Assembly (NCBI GenBank): GCA_965218435.1
Contig: CBDCKW010000009.1
Coordinates: 3,200,001 to 3,264,000 of the forward strand
Reading direction: 5' to 3'
Length of the DNA: 64,000 nucleotides
From: Truepera sp.
Lineage (GTDB): Bacteria; Deinococcota; Deinococci; Deinococcales; Trueperaceae
The notes under the pieces are model-generated. The model ran no database searches. It was given only the letters and a program-made list of their open reading frames with translations, and was not told the DNA's origin. Shown piece after piece: positions 18,963-29,235 of the stretch (positions are counted from its first letter, which is position 1; every line of letters begins with the position of its first letter). The translations under genes were made by a program, and so were the position numbers.

Positions 18963-19754
18963 GTGGAATTTACGGTGAGAGAACCCTTAACGGCTGAGCA
19001 GTTGGCGCGTATCCGCCATATCGAAGAGGTCGCCGCCGACGCTGTACCCGCCGCAGTTACCGAATACCTGGACGGGTGGCGGCTCCGGTTTAACCACGGC
19101 GTTAAACGCCGCCCTAATTCGGTGTTGGCAGCTGAACGTGGCGTGCTGAGCTTAGCGGCCAAAGTCGCGCACGCCGAAGCATTTTACGCCGCTCACGGGC
19201 TCAAAGCGCGGTTTCAGCTCTCGCCTGCGTCGTTACCGGAAGGACTAGACGCGTTTTTAACGGCGCGTGGTTACGGGCGCGTTCCTGAAGCTGTAAGTGT
19301 TCAGGTCGCATCTTTGGAGACTTTGGGGGAGGCTCGAGCCCATTCCGGAGCTACAGTCAAGCTGCTAGAACACCCTAACGAGACATTCTTAGACCTCTAC
19401 TGCGACACCGAAGGGCTGAGCGGCCACCGCGCGGCGGCGTTGACCGAGATGCTCGGCAGATTGCCGGGAAAAGCTGCGTTTGCCCTTGTCTATGTTGAGG
19501 ACCGTCCGGCCGCTACTGGGGTCGGGGTAGCGCACGGCGACATGCTCGGGCTGTTTAACATCGCCACGGCCCCGTCAGCGCGGCGGCGAGGACTCGCAAG
19601 CGCCGCTGTCACGGCGCTGCTCAGTTGGGGTCGGGCTCAAGGTGTAAAGACCGCGTACCTTCAAGTTTCCGAAAACAATACGGGCGCACAGATGCTGTAT
19701 CAACACTTCGGCTTTCGGACGCTCTACCCCTACTATTACCTCGAGGCACCCTAA
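18963..19754 (+). CDS. GNAT family N-acetyltransferase
   Basis: GWRLRF...KRRPNSV; NIATAPSARRRGLA acetyl-CoA motif; AYLQVSENNTGAQMLY. Confidence 0.88.
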   Translation: MEFTVREPLTAEQLARIRHIEEVAADAVPAAVTEYLDGWRLRFNHGVKRRPNSVLAAERGVLSLAAKVAHAEAFYAAHGLKARFQLSPASLPEGLDAFLTARGYGRVPEAVSVQVASLETLGEARAHSGATVKLLEHPNETFLDLYCDTEGLSGHRAAALTEMLGRLPGKAAFALVYVEDRPAATGVGVAHGDMLGLFNIATAPSARRRGLASAAVTALLSWGRAQGVKTAYLQVSENNTGAQMLYQHFGFRTLYPYYYLEAP

Positions 19755-19949
19755 CGCTAATACCGCTCAGCGGGCGAAACTCCCTAGATGTCGTCTATGA
19801 CGTTGACTTTAACCGTTCTCTCCCCTACACTTGAATTAGGCACAGACCTGCTGCGCCTTACTACCCCCTAAATTTTGGACCCCAAGAAGAGATAAAGCAC
19901 TAGGTTCTGAGTATGGGCTAAGGTTTAAGCAGGCCCAGAAAGGACCTAT

Positions 19950-21545
19950 ATGTTTATTAACTTCCCTTTGCGGGAGCCGGTCGCGCGTGCGCTCGCGGCC
20001 AAAGGCTTTACCACGCAAACCGCTATTCAAGAGGCGGCTCTCCCGCACGCACTAAACGGCGGCGACGTACTGGGTTTAGCCCGCACCGGCACCGGCAAGA
20101 CGCTCGCCTTCGGTCTACCCATCGCCCACCGCTTGACTCCTGAAAATGCACGGGGCCGCGCCCCTCGCGCACTTATCCTTGCACCGACGCGTGAACTCGC
20201 CTTGCAAGTTGCGGGGGAGCTCGAGTGGCTCGCCACTGACCTTAACGTCGTTACCGTTTACGGCGGTACCGGGTACGGCAAACAAGCCGCCGACTTAAAA
20301 CGCGGCGCGGACATCGTAGTCGCCACGCCTGGACGAGCGATTGACTATTACAAACAAGGCTTGTTGCAACTCGCCCATGTCGAGGTCGTCGTGTTAGATG
20401 AAGCCGACGAGATGCTTAACGCCGGGTTTGAAGAGGACGTCGAACTGCTTTTATCCGCCACGCCTGACGAGCGCCAGACGATGCTCTTTTCCGCCACGCT
20501 GCCCCGCTGGGCCGAAAACTTGGCCGCGCGGCACCTCCGTAACCCACTCCTTGCCAACGTCGTTCAAGATGAAGAGGTTTCTTACAACGAGATCGCTATC
20601 GAAGCGCCCGTCAGCGCCCGGTTAGGCATTTTAAGCGACGTGCTGCACGTTCACGGTCAGGGCCACACCATCGTCTTTACCCGGACCAAAGCCGAAGTAG
20701 ACGAACTCGCCAAGGCGCTGAGCGCCCAAGGTCACGCCGCCGAAGCGGTTCACGGCGACCTCAATCAGGTGCAGCGTGAACGCGTATTAGACCGCTTTCG
20801 CGCCGGTCAGGTGACGGTCTTGGTCGCCACCGACGTGGCCGCCCGCGGCCTCGATATTCCCGATGTTGATCTGGTCGTCCATTACCGCTTTCCCGAACAA
20901 GCTGAAAGGTATCAGCACCGTTCGGGGCGCACCGGACGCGCTGGCCGCGCCGGTACGGTGATCTTATTAATGAGCCCGCGTGAACGCCGTGAGCTGAGTA
21001 TGTTAGAGCGCGCTATCTCACGCAAGTTAGAGCGCGTCACCCCGCCTCAGCCTGAAACCGTACAACAAGCTAAACTCGCCGGACTTCAGCGCAGCATCGC
21101 CCTACAGACCTCTGAAGATAGAGCTGCTTGGCAAGCGGTGGCGAAGACGTGGTTTGAAACCGGCGATACCGATACGCTCGCCGGACTTTTGGCCCTGACT
21201 CTGGGCGGCGCTCCGGCTCCGCGCAGCTTACTCACCGGTGAAGAAGGTTGGACGACCGTGCAGCTTCAGGGTCGCCCCTTAAGCGTGCCGCAAACCGTGC
21301 GCCTCCTTAAACAAGCGGGCGTCGGCGATCTAGGCCGGATTCAAGCGGGTCTTAAAGGCAGTTACGCTGATGTAAGGCCCGATGAAGTGGGCGCGTTGCC
21401 GAGTACGCTCGAGGACGTCAGCGTCATCTCGGCCAGCAGCGTCGAAGCGGCCCCACAGTTTGACCGCTCCGAGAGAAAAGACTCAGGCCGACCCCGCCGC
21501 CGCCCCGACAGCGGCAACCGCAGGGGTATACGCTATAACCGCTAA
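19950..21545 (+). CDS. DEAD-box RNA helicase, Hera-like
   Basis: TGTGKT, PTRELA, DEAD, SAT, HRSGRTGRAG; the C-terminal RSLLTGEEGW segment resembles Thermus Hera. Confidence 0.95.
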   Translation: MFINFPLREPVARALAAKGFTTQTAIQEAALPHALNGGDVLGLARTGTGKTLAFGLPIAHRLTPENARGRAPRALILAPTRELALQVAGELEWLATDLNVVTVYGGTGYGKQAADLKRGADIVVATPGRAIDYYKQGLLQLAHVEVVVLDEADEMLNAGFEEDVELLLSATPDERQTMLFSATLPRWAENLAARHLRNPLLANVVQDEEVSYNEIAIEAPVSARLGILSDVLHVHGQGHTIVFTRTKAEVDELAKALSAQGHAAEAVHGDLNQVQRERVLDRFRAGQVTVLVATDVAARGLDIPDVDLVVHYRFPEQAERYQHRSGRTGRAGRAGTVILLMSPRERRELSMLERAISRKLERVTPPQPETVQQAKLAGLQRSIALQTSEDRAAWQAVAKTWFETGDTDTLAGLLALTLGGAPAPRSLLTGEEGWTTVQLQGRPLSVPQTVRLLKQAGVGDLGRIQAGLKGSYADVRPDEVGALPSTLEDVSVISASSVEAAPQFDRSERKDSGRPRRRPDSGNRRGIRYNR

Positions 21546-21558
21546 GTGACTTGAGTCT

Positions 21559-21590
21559 GCAAGCGATGCAACTGCATCTGCGTCGCTTGT
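21559..21590. terminator. Hairpin between convergent genes, probable terminator
   Basis: GCAAGCGATGCA...TGCGTCGCTTGT inverted repeat. Confidence 0.55.
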
Positions 21591-21619
21591 GATTCTTTTA
21601 GGTATTTAGCCGACCGTGC

Positions 21620-21874
21620 CTAACGGCGTCCTTGTACCGCCTTAACGATAAAGAGCAGAATCACCGCGCCGATCACGGCTGTGATCAGACTGATAATGAA
21701 GTTGGCGTTTGGATTGACACCGAAAAAGCGCACGACGTAGCCGCCGATAAACGCCCCGATGATCCCTACAATGATGTCAACCAGGCACCCCTGTTGCCGA
21801 TTGGTCCCAGCGATCAAACTGGCAATCCAACCCGCGAGCGCCCCTAAAATAATCCAGCCGATAAAACCGAACAT
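21620..21874 (-). CDS. GlsB/YeaQ/YmgE (transglycosylase-associated) family stress membrane protein
   Basis: [13 protein letters not shown]...[13 protein letters not shown]...[17 protein letters not shown]. Confidence 0.9.
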   Translation of the reverse strand: MFGFIGWIILGALAGWIASLIAGTNRQQGCLVDIIVGIIGAFIGGYVVRFFGVNPNANFIISLITAVIGAVILLFIVKAVQGRR

Positions 21875-21987
21875 AGTAGCCTCCTAAGCGGCATTTTAGC
21901 CTGAAACAGGCTTGCATGGAAAGTGTGCGGGTGTACAGGCGGACTAGGCCACCTGTACACAACCGGCAGAATCTACGCTCACTGAGA

Positions 21988-22360
21988 TTAGCTCGAGCCT
22001 TCCCGATCCCAAAACGCGGTGAACTTTCGCGCCGCCGCCTCGACTTCGTAAGTGTCTTTAGAGGTGTCCATTTCGGCGGTCAAGTTGCGGCTAAAGGTCT
22101 CTGGGGTGCGCTCATGCGACTCAAAATCCAAACATCTTTCAGAACGTAAACGTTCAACCATCCGGTACGCTCGAGCGTCTACACTGAGCCCGACCAAAAT
22201 CCGCGTCTTCTCGACACTTTCCAAAGAGGCGTAAAGCCGCCGGAATCCGCTTGTCCGTAACCGACCGACACGTCAAAATACTGCGCGTCCTTAAGCGTTT
22301 GGACAAAACGGCCGTAAAGCGTTCCGTCCGGTTCGTTGTAAAAAACCGCAGGTCGGTTTG
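21988..22360 (-). pseudogene. Frameshifted N-terminal remnant of a PLD-like/helicase restriction-type protein
   Basis: Across three frames: QTDLRFFT / NEPDGTLYGRFVQTLKDAQYFDVSVGY / RTSGFRRLYASLESVEKTRILVGL... Confidence 0.55.
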
Positions 22361-22573
22361 AGAAACGCTCGGTATAGCACCCTTCTCTCGGCTCGTTCGG
22401 CTTACGTCTGTTACGACTTACTTTGCCTTGTGGCGTTTGGCGGACAGTTTATAAAGTTCACGGCATTCGCATCGGTTTCTTCTGGCAGCGGTGTAACAAA
22501 GGGTTGCAACCCTTTGTCGCAGATATACGCGTGGTTCTAGGTAGCTTTTGGTGCGCGTGATAGCGTAAAGCTT

Positions 22574-23965
22574 GTGACATTACCTGCGGGTTTTACGGCA
22601 AAGATGCAGGCGCTTTTGGGCGCTGAAGCCGAAGCATTTTTAGCGAGTTTGGCGGGGCCTGCACGGGTCGGTTTACGGGTCAATACGCTCAAATGTTTAC
22701 CGGAGCATTTTCAGGAGCTTTTACCGTGGAGGCTCGAGCCTCTCCCCTGGTGCAATTCCGGCTTTCTCCTAAACGAACCCGTACGTCCCGGCCTGCATCC
22801 GCTCCACCGCGCCGGGGTTTACTACCTGCAAGAACCTTCAGCGATGGCAGTTGCGGAGGCCCTAGCCCCCGAACCGGGCGAATGGGTGATTGACCTAGCC
22901 GCTGCGCCGGGCGGTAAAGCGACACATTTGGCAAGTTTGATGGAACAGGGTTTACTGGTTGCCAATGAGGTCACCGGGAGCCGAGTGCGGGCGTTGGGAG
23001 AAAACCTCGAGCGGTGCGGCGTCCGGCACGCCCTGATTACGAGCGAGAGCGTAGAAAAGCTTGCGGCGAGGTGGGGCGCGGTTTTTGACCGGGTGCTGCT
23101 CGACGCGCCGTGTTCGGGTGAAGGGATGTTTCGCAAATCTGCAGAAGCTGTGTCGCAGTGGAGCGAGTATCTAGTCCGGAGCTGTGCGGCGCGGCAAGAC
23201 GGGCTACTCGCTGAAGCTGCCAAGCTCGTCAAACCGGGCGGCGTACTCGTTTACAGCACCTGCACCTTTGCCCCTAAAGAGAACGAAGCAGTCATCGCGG
23301 CATTTTTGGGTGAACATCCCGAGTTTGAACCTGTACCCCTCGAGCTTCCCGGCGCGTCAACCGGACGTACCGACTGGGTTACGGCGTCCGCAGAAGGCTT
23401 GGAGCGCACCATCCGTTTTTGGCCGCATCTGAGCCCCGGCGAAGGACACTTTATCGCCAAACTCAGACGAATTTCGGGGCGAACTTCTGGGCATTCTAAA
23501 GCTAAAGCGCGCCGTAAAACCGTCGTACCGACGCCGCTGCCTCGGCAAGCCAAAGACCTCTGGAGCACCTTTATTCGTGAAACGTTCCGCAGTGCGCCGC
23601 TACCGAATGCACCTTTAATCCTGCGCGGTGACCAGCTTTACGCCTTACCTGGAACACTGCCCGACCTTACCGGGCTCCGCACCCTCCGCTCCGGCGTGTG
23701 GTTGGGAACCTTGAAGAAAAACCGTTTTGAACCGGCGCATAGCCTGGCACTGGCGCTGACCCAAGCAGAATTGGCTGAGGTGCAGGCGTTAGACCTAGCA
23801 AACAGTCCGGAACTAGGGCGGTACTTGCAAGGAGATGTGCTCGAGGCTCCCGGCGAAGACGGCTGGCTCGTCGTCACCGTGTCAGGGTTTGCGCTCGGGT
23901 GGGGACGGCGGAACCGGGGCACGCTCAAAAACTTTTATCCCAAAGGGCTAAGGCTCGCGCCGTAA
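22574..23965 (+). CDS. rsmF: 16S rRNA m5C methyltransferase (RsmF/NOL1-NOP2 family) with C-terminal PUA-like domain
   Basis: YLQEPSAM, DLAAAPGGK, DAPCSGEG, YSTCT, RFEPAH, KNFYPKGLR. Confidence 0.9.
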   Translation: MTLPAGFTAKMQALLGAEAEAFLASLAGPARVGLRVNTLKCLPEHFQELLPWRLEPLPWCNSGFLLNEPVRPGLHPLHRAGVYYLQEPSAMAVAEALAPEPGEWVIDLAAAPGGKATHLASLMEQGLLVANEVTGSRVRALGENLERCGVRHALITSESVEKLAARWGAVFDRVLLDAPCSGEGMFRKSAEAVSQWSEYLVRSCAARQDGLLAEAAKLVKPGGVLVYSTCTFAPKENEAVIAAFLGEHPEFEPVPLELPGASTGRTDWVTASAEGLERTIRFWPHLSPGEGHFIAKLRRISGRTSGHSKAKARRKTVVPTPLPRQAKDLWSTFIRETFRSAPLPNAPLILRGDQLYALPGTLPDLTGLRTLRSGVWLGTLKKNRFEPAHSLALALTQAELAEVQALDLANSPELGRYLQGDVLEAPGEDGWLVVTVSGFALGWGRRNRGTLKNFYPKGLRLAP

Positions 23966-23978
23966 AGTCAGCTCCCGG

Positions 23979-24392
23979 TTAGGCACGGCTTACGGCCCAC
24001 ACCGAACTTGCAGCCACGACGATATGCATCAGCTCTAACATGACGACCGTTAGTCTCGGCGCACCGGTCAGCGTAAACGGCGTAAAGATCATCAGGGCGA
24101 AGATTACGGCGGCAACGAGATAAAATGTCCGCTTCGGCTGAGCGGTAAAACGCACCAGCAGCAAAAAGACGAGCGCGGCGATAATTACCGGGAAAAAACT
24201 AAAGATGATCACCGGAACGACGGTAAAGGGCTGCCCCTGAACCTGGACTGTGGGCGGAAACGCCCCGAATAGCTTGCCTAAAAGGTAGAGCAGCACATTG
24301 ATGAGGAGCGCAGCGGCAACCAGGGTGGCAAACGTCAGGTTCCGGTAAGAGACGGCTCGAGTTTTTACGGGGGTAGCCTGGTCAGAGGTCAA
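23979..24392 (-). CDS. Small four-TM membrane protein (DUF6069-like)
   Basis: Four hydrophobic segments, C-terminal LELMHIVVA; TTG start after SD AAAGGAG. Confidence 0.65.
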   Translation of the reverse strand: MTSDQATPVKTRAVSYRNLTFATLVAAALLINVLLYLLGKLFGAFPPTVQVQGQPFTVVPVIIFSFFPVIIAALVFLLLVRFTAQPKRTFYLVAAVIFALMIFTPFTLTGAPRLTVVMLELMHIVVAASSVWAVSRA

Positions 24393-24787
24393 AACAACTC
24401 CTTTAGAGCTTTAGCGTAGCGAACCGAGACTGCGCCGCGCAAGTTCGGAGTAGTCCAAGCTCAGTTACAGGCTGACCAAATCGTTTTGCGCACCTCGGGC
24501 TCGGGTAGGGCGGCGCAGCGTTCGTTTAAGATAGGCTTAGCAGTGCCGACTCCAGGATCGGCAAAAACTAAAGTTGAGAGAAAACGCACACTGTAGGGCG
24601 GCCCGGCTGACGACACTTTTTGAGTGACGAGGGCAGTGACTAACAAAGGCTTAGCAACATGTTTCATCATGGTTTACTAGGTGGTTTACCAGGCGGTTTG
24701 CCAGGGCAGAGCCTGGGCGCACCAGGCGCAGACGGCAAAACAGTTTGACCTTCTTTTGACCTCAAGTTTCTAACCTCGGGAGGATAG

Positions 24788-25912
24788 ATGAAAATTGCCT
24801 TTATCAAAGCGGGCAGCTTTTCGCACACGAACGCCAACGTCGAAACGCTCTTAACCAAGCACTTTCCGGACGCTGAGCTCGAGATCATTGACGTTCTCAA
24901 GCTCGTCCCCACCAAGTCTCTTGCCAACTTGTTAGGTGTTGTCAGCGAAAAAGGGGTGAGCGTGTTTTGGGACAATCGGTCTTTATCACGGCACCTTTCC
25001 AGCTCGGTGCATTACACCCAAAAGGTGCGGCGCGCCCTTGAAAAGCGCCTTGCCGGTCAGGACTACGCGTTTACCTTTCAAACTCAGTCTTTATTTGACG
25101 CCAGCGTACCGGGCGTACCCCACTTTCTTTATACCGACCATACCCGGCTCGCCAATCGCCACTATCCCGGCTACAGTCTTAAAGGTTTTTCGCCCAAACT
25201 TTTAGAGCTCGAGACCGAAAGCTACCACCGGGCTACGCGCGTTTTTACCATGAGCGAAAACATCACCCGTTCGCTGATAGAAGATTATGGTTGCGACCCC
25301 GAAAAGGTCGTTTGCGCCTCGGTAGGCAGCAACGTAAACTACCCGTCAGATGTAGACGCGAGTTTGGAACGCTACACGAAACGCCACCTTCTCTTCGTCG
25401 GGCTTAATTGGGAGCGCAAGGGGGGACCGCTACTAGTCGAAGCCTTTACGCGCGTATTAGACGTTTACCCGGACGCCAAACTGACCGTCGTAGGGTGCAG
25501 CCCGAAGCTCGAGCTCCCTAACTGTCAAGTGCTCGGCGTGATAAGCCCACAAGCAGTAGCAGAGTTTTACCGCGACGCGTCGGTGTTTTGTTTACCGACC
25601 AACCGGGAACCTTTCGGCATCGTGTTCGTCGAGGCCGCAAACTACAAGTTGCCGGTCGTAGCCACGCGTATCGGCGCGATTCCCGAAATTGTCTTAGAGG
25701 GTAAGAGCGGCTTACTGATCGAGCCTAGAGACGTCGCCGCGCTTACAGACGCACTCCTCACGCTCTTAGGCGACCCGGAGAAGTGCCGAGCGTTTGGACA
25801 GGCGGGGTTTGAGCACGTCCGTCGGCACTACACTTGGGAACACGTCGGAGAGACCTTTTTCAGTCATATCCGCCCCCAGCTGGCTGCCGCCTCGAGTCCT
25901 GAAGGGGCCTAG
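24788..25912 (+). CDS. Glycosyltransferase family 4
   Basis: FVGLNWERKGG, EPFGIVFVEA, GAIPEIV GT-B motifs; SD GGGAGG. Confidence 0.92.
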   Translation: MKIAFIKAGSFSHTNANVETLLTKHFPDAELEIIDVLKLVPTKSLANLLGVVSEKGVSVFWDNRSLSRHLSSSVHYTQKVRRALEKRLAGQDYAFTFQTQSLFDASVPGVPHFLYTDHTRLANRHYPGYSLKGFSPKLLELETESYHRATRVFTMSENITRSLIEDYGCDPEKVVCASVGSNVNYPSDVDASLERYTKRHLLFVGLNWERKGGPLLVEAFTRVLDVYPDAKLTVVGCSPKLELPNCQVLGVISPQAVAEFYRDASVFCLPTNREPFGIVFVEAANYKLPVVATRIGAIPEIVLEGKSGLLIEPRDVAALTDALLTLLGDPEKCRAFGQAGFEHVRRHYTWEHVGETFFSHIRPQLAAASSPEGA

Positions 25913-26115
25913 AGAGAAAACGAGCTCGAGATGTTTGTACCGCTGGGGCGTCGGCTATAGCAAGAGCCCTATACAATTCACGCCTTCTATTTATAACTTT
26001 TGTCCGTTTGTTATGGACAGCGTAGCGAACTGAGGCGTGTGACGCAAATTCAGGTGAAGCTCGCGCCACAATAGTTGATCTTTTCAGGCGTTGTGGAAAA
26101 GACATGCGGGCAAAG

Positions 26116-26568
26116 TTACATGGCGGAATTAAGGAGTTTCTCGAGTTGATTTCGCAGCTGAGCCAGCTCTTTTTCACCAAGTAGCGCGGCATATTCTGCT
26201 TCAAGGATGAGTTTCACGTCATACGCGGCGCGTAGGGCATCTTTGCCCAACTCGGTAAAGCCGATAAGCGACGCTCGGTTATCGCTCGCGTCTTTTTTTC
26301 GTTCGACGTAGCCTTTTTTCTCGAGTTCGTGAGCCAGCTGACCCATAGCTTGCTTAGTTACGCCAGCCCTGTCAGCCAAGGTCGTGATGCGTGTACCCTC
26401 TATGTCTAAGTTGGCAATCAACACCGTATGAAAAAGCGTGATATTGGTGAATCCCTTTTCGTGTAGTAGGTTAACAGCACGCTCACTGTAGGCACGCGCA
26501 ACGCGTTGAAATAATCGTCCTATATTTTTTTCTCGCATATCCAGCAAGTTTTTCTGAAGTTCAGACAT
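26116..26568 (-). CDS. MarR family transcriptional regulator
   Basis: RITTLADRAGVTKQAMGQLAHELEKKGYVER..DASDNRA winged HTH. Confidence 0.9.
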   Translation of the reverse strand: MSELQKNLLDMREKNIGRLFQRVARAYSERAVNLLHEKGFTNITLFHTVLIANLDIEGTRITTLADRAGVTKQAMGQLAHELEKKGYVERKKDASDNRASLIGFTELGKDALRAAYDVKLILEAEYAALLGEKELAQLRNQLEKLLNSAM

Positions 26569-26589
26569 TACCGTTTCCTTGACAGTAAA

Positions 26590-26628
26590 GACAAGTTGCT
26601 TTACTATTAATTGGTCAATCAACTTGAC
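26590..26628. promoter_or_regulatory. Two putative MarR operator palindromes (GTCAA-N5-TTGAC)
   Basis: GACAAGTTGCTTTAC at 26590-26604 and GTCAATCAACTTGAC at 26614-26628, between divergent marR and ABM genes. Confidence 0.6.
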
Positions 26629-26649
26629 TATACCGTTCGGAGGTTACCC

Positions 26650-26946
26650 ATGTTTGTCATCAGAGTGCGGCTGACTGTAAAACCAGAAAGTAGAGATGCT
26701 CTTCTCTCTCATATGCAGGCGGAGATGCAAAGAAACAGCGAGCTAGACGGCTGTAAAGCTTATGCCCTTTACCAAAATGCTTTCGACACCAATGCCTTTC
26801 TTTTGTACGAAGAGTGGCGTAATGTGGCTGCGTTTAACAGCTATAAAGACTCCGAGGCTTTCAAGCAAATTATGAGCGCACTTTTCCCACTTATCGCAGG
26901 TAAACCCGACTCTGCCTATTACGATTCGACTTTAGTCGGCCCCTGA
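26650..26946 (+). CDS. Antibiotic biosynthesis monooxygenase (ABM) family protein
   Basis: VKPE...GCKAYAL...FLLYEEW pattern; SD GGAGG. Confidence 0.85.
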   Translation: MFVIRVRLTVKPESRDALLSHMQAEMQRNSELDGCKAYALYQNAFDTNAFLLYEEWRNVAAFNSYKDSEAFKQIMSALFPLIAGKPDSAYYDSTLVGP

Positions 26947-27726
26947 TATAGTTTCTAAAACCTCCGACAAGAGCGCCCTCGTCGTACTCATTCCCTCTTC
27001 TGCATAAACGGTCTCTTGCCCCGACCAATCGCCGAAATATCCGCCCGCTTCGCGCAACAAGACCGGAAACGGCCCGCAGTCCCAGGCGTTCATCACCGGG
27101 TCAAACATCGCTTCCATCCGGCCCGTAGCCACCAGCATGTGCCCGTAAGCGTCCGACCAGCCCCGGCGGTCGTAGGCTGCGGCAGCTAGACGTGACCACT
27201 CAGCTTCACGGTTATAGGCAGCAAAACTGGCGATATCGGTAAAGCCGACGGTGCTTTTAGCGAGGGTTGTTTTGTCCGACACCCGCGCCGGACGCCCGTT
27301 GAGCGTACAGCCCAAACCCGTTGCAGCGGCGCAGAGTTCGTTTAGGGCTGGAAAATAGGCGACGCCGACCTCGACGCGGCCTTCAACCTCGAGACCCAAT
27401 AAGACCCCATAAAGTGGCACGCCCCGGACGAACGCTTTAGTGCCGTCAACCGGGTCTACGAGCCAACGGTGCGTCGCATCTTTGGTATCTTCACCAAACT
27501 CTTCACCGACGATAGCGTGTTCTGGATACCGCGCCCCCAAGCGGCGGCGAATCAGCGTTTCAGCTTCGCGGTCTGCGAGCGTGACGGGGCTGGCGTCGTC
27601 TTTGTAGGTCAGCCCCAAGCCTTCCGGCGAGCGGCCGAAGTAACCGAGCGTCAGGCGTCCGGCGTCATAGGCGAGTTCAGTGGCGAACTCGAGCAGGGGC
27701 TTAAGGTGAGCAGGTGATGGGGGCAT
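26932..27726 (-). CDS. hisN: Histidinol-phosphatase (inositol monophosphatase family)
   Basis: SPVTLADREAE, GEE, WLVDPVDGTKAFVRG, WD motifs. Confidence 0.8.
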   Translation of the reverse strand: MPPSPAHLKPLLEFATELAYDAGRLTLGYFGRSPEGLGLTYKDDASPVTLADREAETLIRRRLGARYPEHAIVGEEFGEDTKDATHRWLVDPVDGTKAFVRGVPLYGVLLGLEVEGRVEVGVAYFPALNELCAAATGLGCTLNGRPARVSDKTTLAKSTVGFTDIASFAAYNREAEWSRLAAAAYDRRGWSDAYGHMLVATGRMEAMFDPVMNAWDCGPFPVLLREAGGYFGDWSGQETVYAEEGMSTTRALLSEVLETISGAD

Positions 27727-27914
27727 AGCGTGTCCTTTGCTGTTGGGCTAGGTGCAGGTGGGTCAGGTACAGGTTTTTATAACGGCCAGGGCGTACTTGC
27801 CGGCTCACCGGCTTAACTCTCGCTTGCTACTTTTTCGCTACCCTTAAAACGTCTATAAAGCCCAAAAGCAGCGTATCTTTCTGCCAGACAGTATATGACG
27901 CGCTAAGCTGAACT

Positions 27915-29069
27915 ATGATCTATACGCGCGAGCGGCTCGAGGGGCGCGAAGCCGAGACGTTGGCTCCTTACGCTGTGCTCGCCTCACAGAGCCGGGGCCG
28001 TAGCTACCCGGAACCCGAATCACGTTACCGCACCGCCTTTCAAAAAGACCGCGACCGGGTGATTCACACCTCGGCGTTTCGGCGGCTCGAGTACAAAACG
28101 CAAGTCTTTGTCAACTACGAAGGCGACCACTACCGCACCCGCTTGACGCACACCTTAGAGGTCGCGCAGGTTGCCAAAAGCATCACCCGTGCCCTCGGCC
28201 TAAACGACGACCTTGCTGAAACGGTCGCCCTCGCCCACGACCTCGGGCATCCGCCCTTTGGTCACGCCGGAGAAGATACCCTTAACCGGCTGGCGAAGGC
28301 CGACGGCGGCTTTGACCACAACAAACAGTCGCTCAGGGTGGTGACCGAACTCGAGCACCGCTACCCAGACTTTCCCGGCCTCAATTTAACCTGGGAGACC
28401 CTAGAGGGCATCATGAAACACGAAACTGAGTACGACCTGCCAGGGTTTGGCAGCGACTGGGAACCCGATTTGCAACCCTCGTTGGAGGCGCAAGTTGTCA
28501 ATGTGGCCGATGAGCTGGCGTACAACGCGCACGACTTAGAAGACGGACTGCGCGGCGGTCACCTGAGCCCGCCGCAAATTGCCGAAGTTCCGCTCGTCGG
28601 CGACCTCATGACGCAGCTGGGGCTGGACACGCACCATTTCGGCAGTGCTGAACGCTACATTTTGATTCGCGAACTGCTGGGATTGACGATTGAGAGCACC
28701 ATCCGCGAAACCGACCGTCAGCTCGGCGTTTACGGCGTCGAAACGTTGAGTGATGTGCGGCACGCGCCGACCAAACTCGTCTGCACTGAGCCCAAACTGC
28801 ACGCAGAGCTCGCCGAGCTTAAAAGTTTTTTGTACGCCAACCTCTACTACCACTACCGCCAAATCCGCATGACCCGTAAAGCCGACCGGATGCTCTCGGC
28901 GCTCTTTTCGGCCTACTGTGACACCCCAAAGATGCTGCCGTGGGCGGTGCAGGCAGAGGTCGAGGGAAAAGGACTCGTGCGCACAGTTACGGATTACCTG
29001 GCGGGGATGACCGACCGCTACGCTTCGGATGAATACCGGAGGCTCTTCGACCCACTCTCGCTGACTTAA
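27915..29069 (+). CDS. dgt: Deoxyguanosinetriphosphate triphosphohydrolase (HD family)
   Basis: FRRLEYKTQV, RTRLTHTLEV, HDLGHPPFGHAGE, DYLAGMTD. Confidence 0.95.
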   Translation: MIYTRERLEGREAETLAPYAVLASQSRGRSYPEPESRYRTAFQKDRDRVIHTSAFRRLEYKTQVFVNYEGDHYRTRLTHTLEVAQVAKSITRALGLNDDLAETVALAHDLGHPPFGHAGEDTLNRLAKADGGFDHNKQSLRVVTELEHRYPDFPGLNLTWETLEGIMKHETEYDLPGFGSDWEPDLQPSLEAQVVNVADELAYNAHDLEDGLRGGHLSPPQIAEVPLVGDLMTQLGLDTHHFGSAERYILIRELLGLTIESTIRETDRQLGVYGVETLSDVRHAPTKLVCTEPKLHAELAELKSFLYANLYYHYRQIRMTRKADRMLSALFSAYCDTPKMLPWAVQAEVEGKGLVRTVTDYLAGMTDRYASDEYRRLFDPLSLT

Positions 29070-29235
29070 GGATAAGGATTTGCTAGAGCTAACAAGCCGT
29101 TAACTTGACCCCACAACACAGTTATGACAGAACCACTGTGCCTAACATGCCAACCGAGCATACTCGAGGCACGTTAACGAGAGCATCAAGATCAAGCTAT
29201 GCTCTTGTAGAAAACGTAACCTTCGGGAGGGGAAG

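Noticed and set aside
27915..29069. dGTPase as an anti-phage system
   Set aside because: Looks like the ordinary housekeeping Dgt, with host-like composition and no intact defence neighbours.
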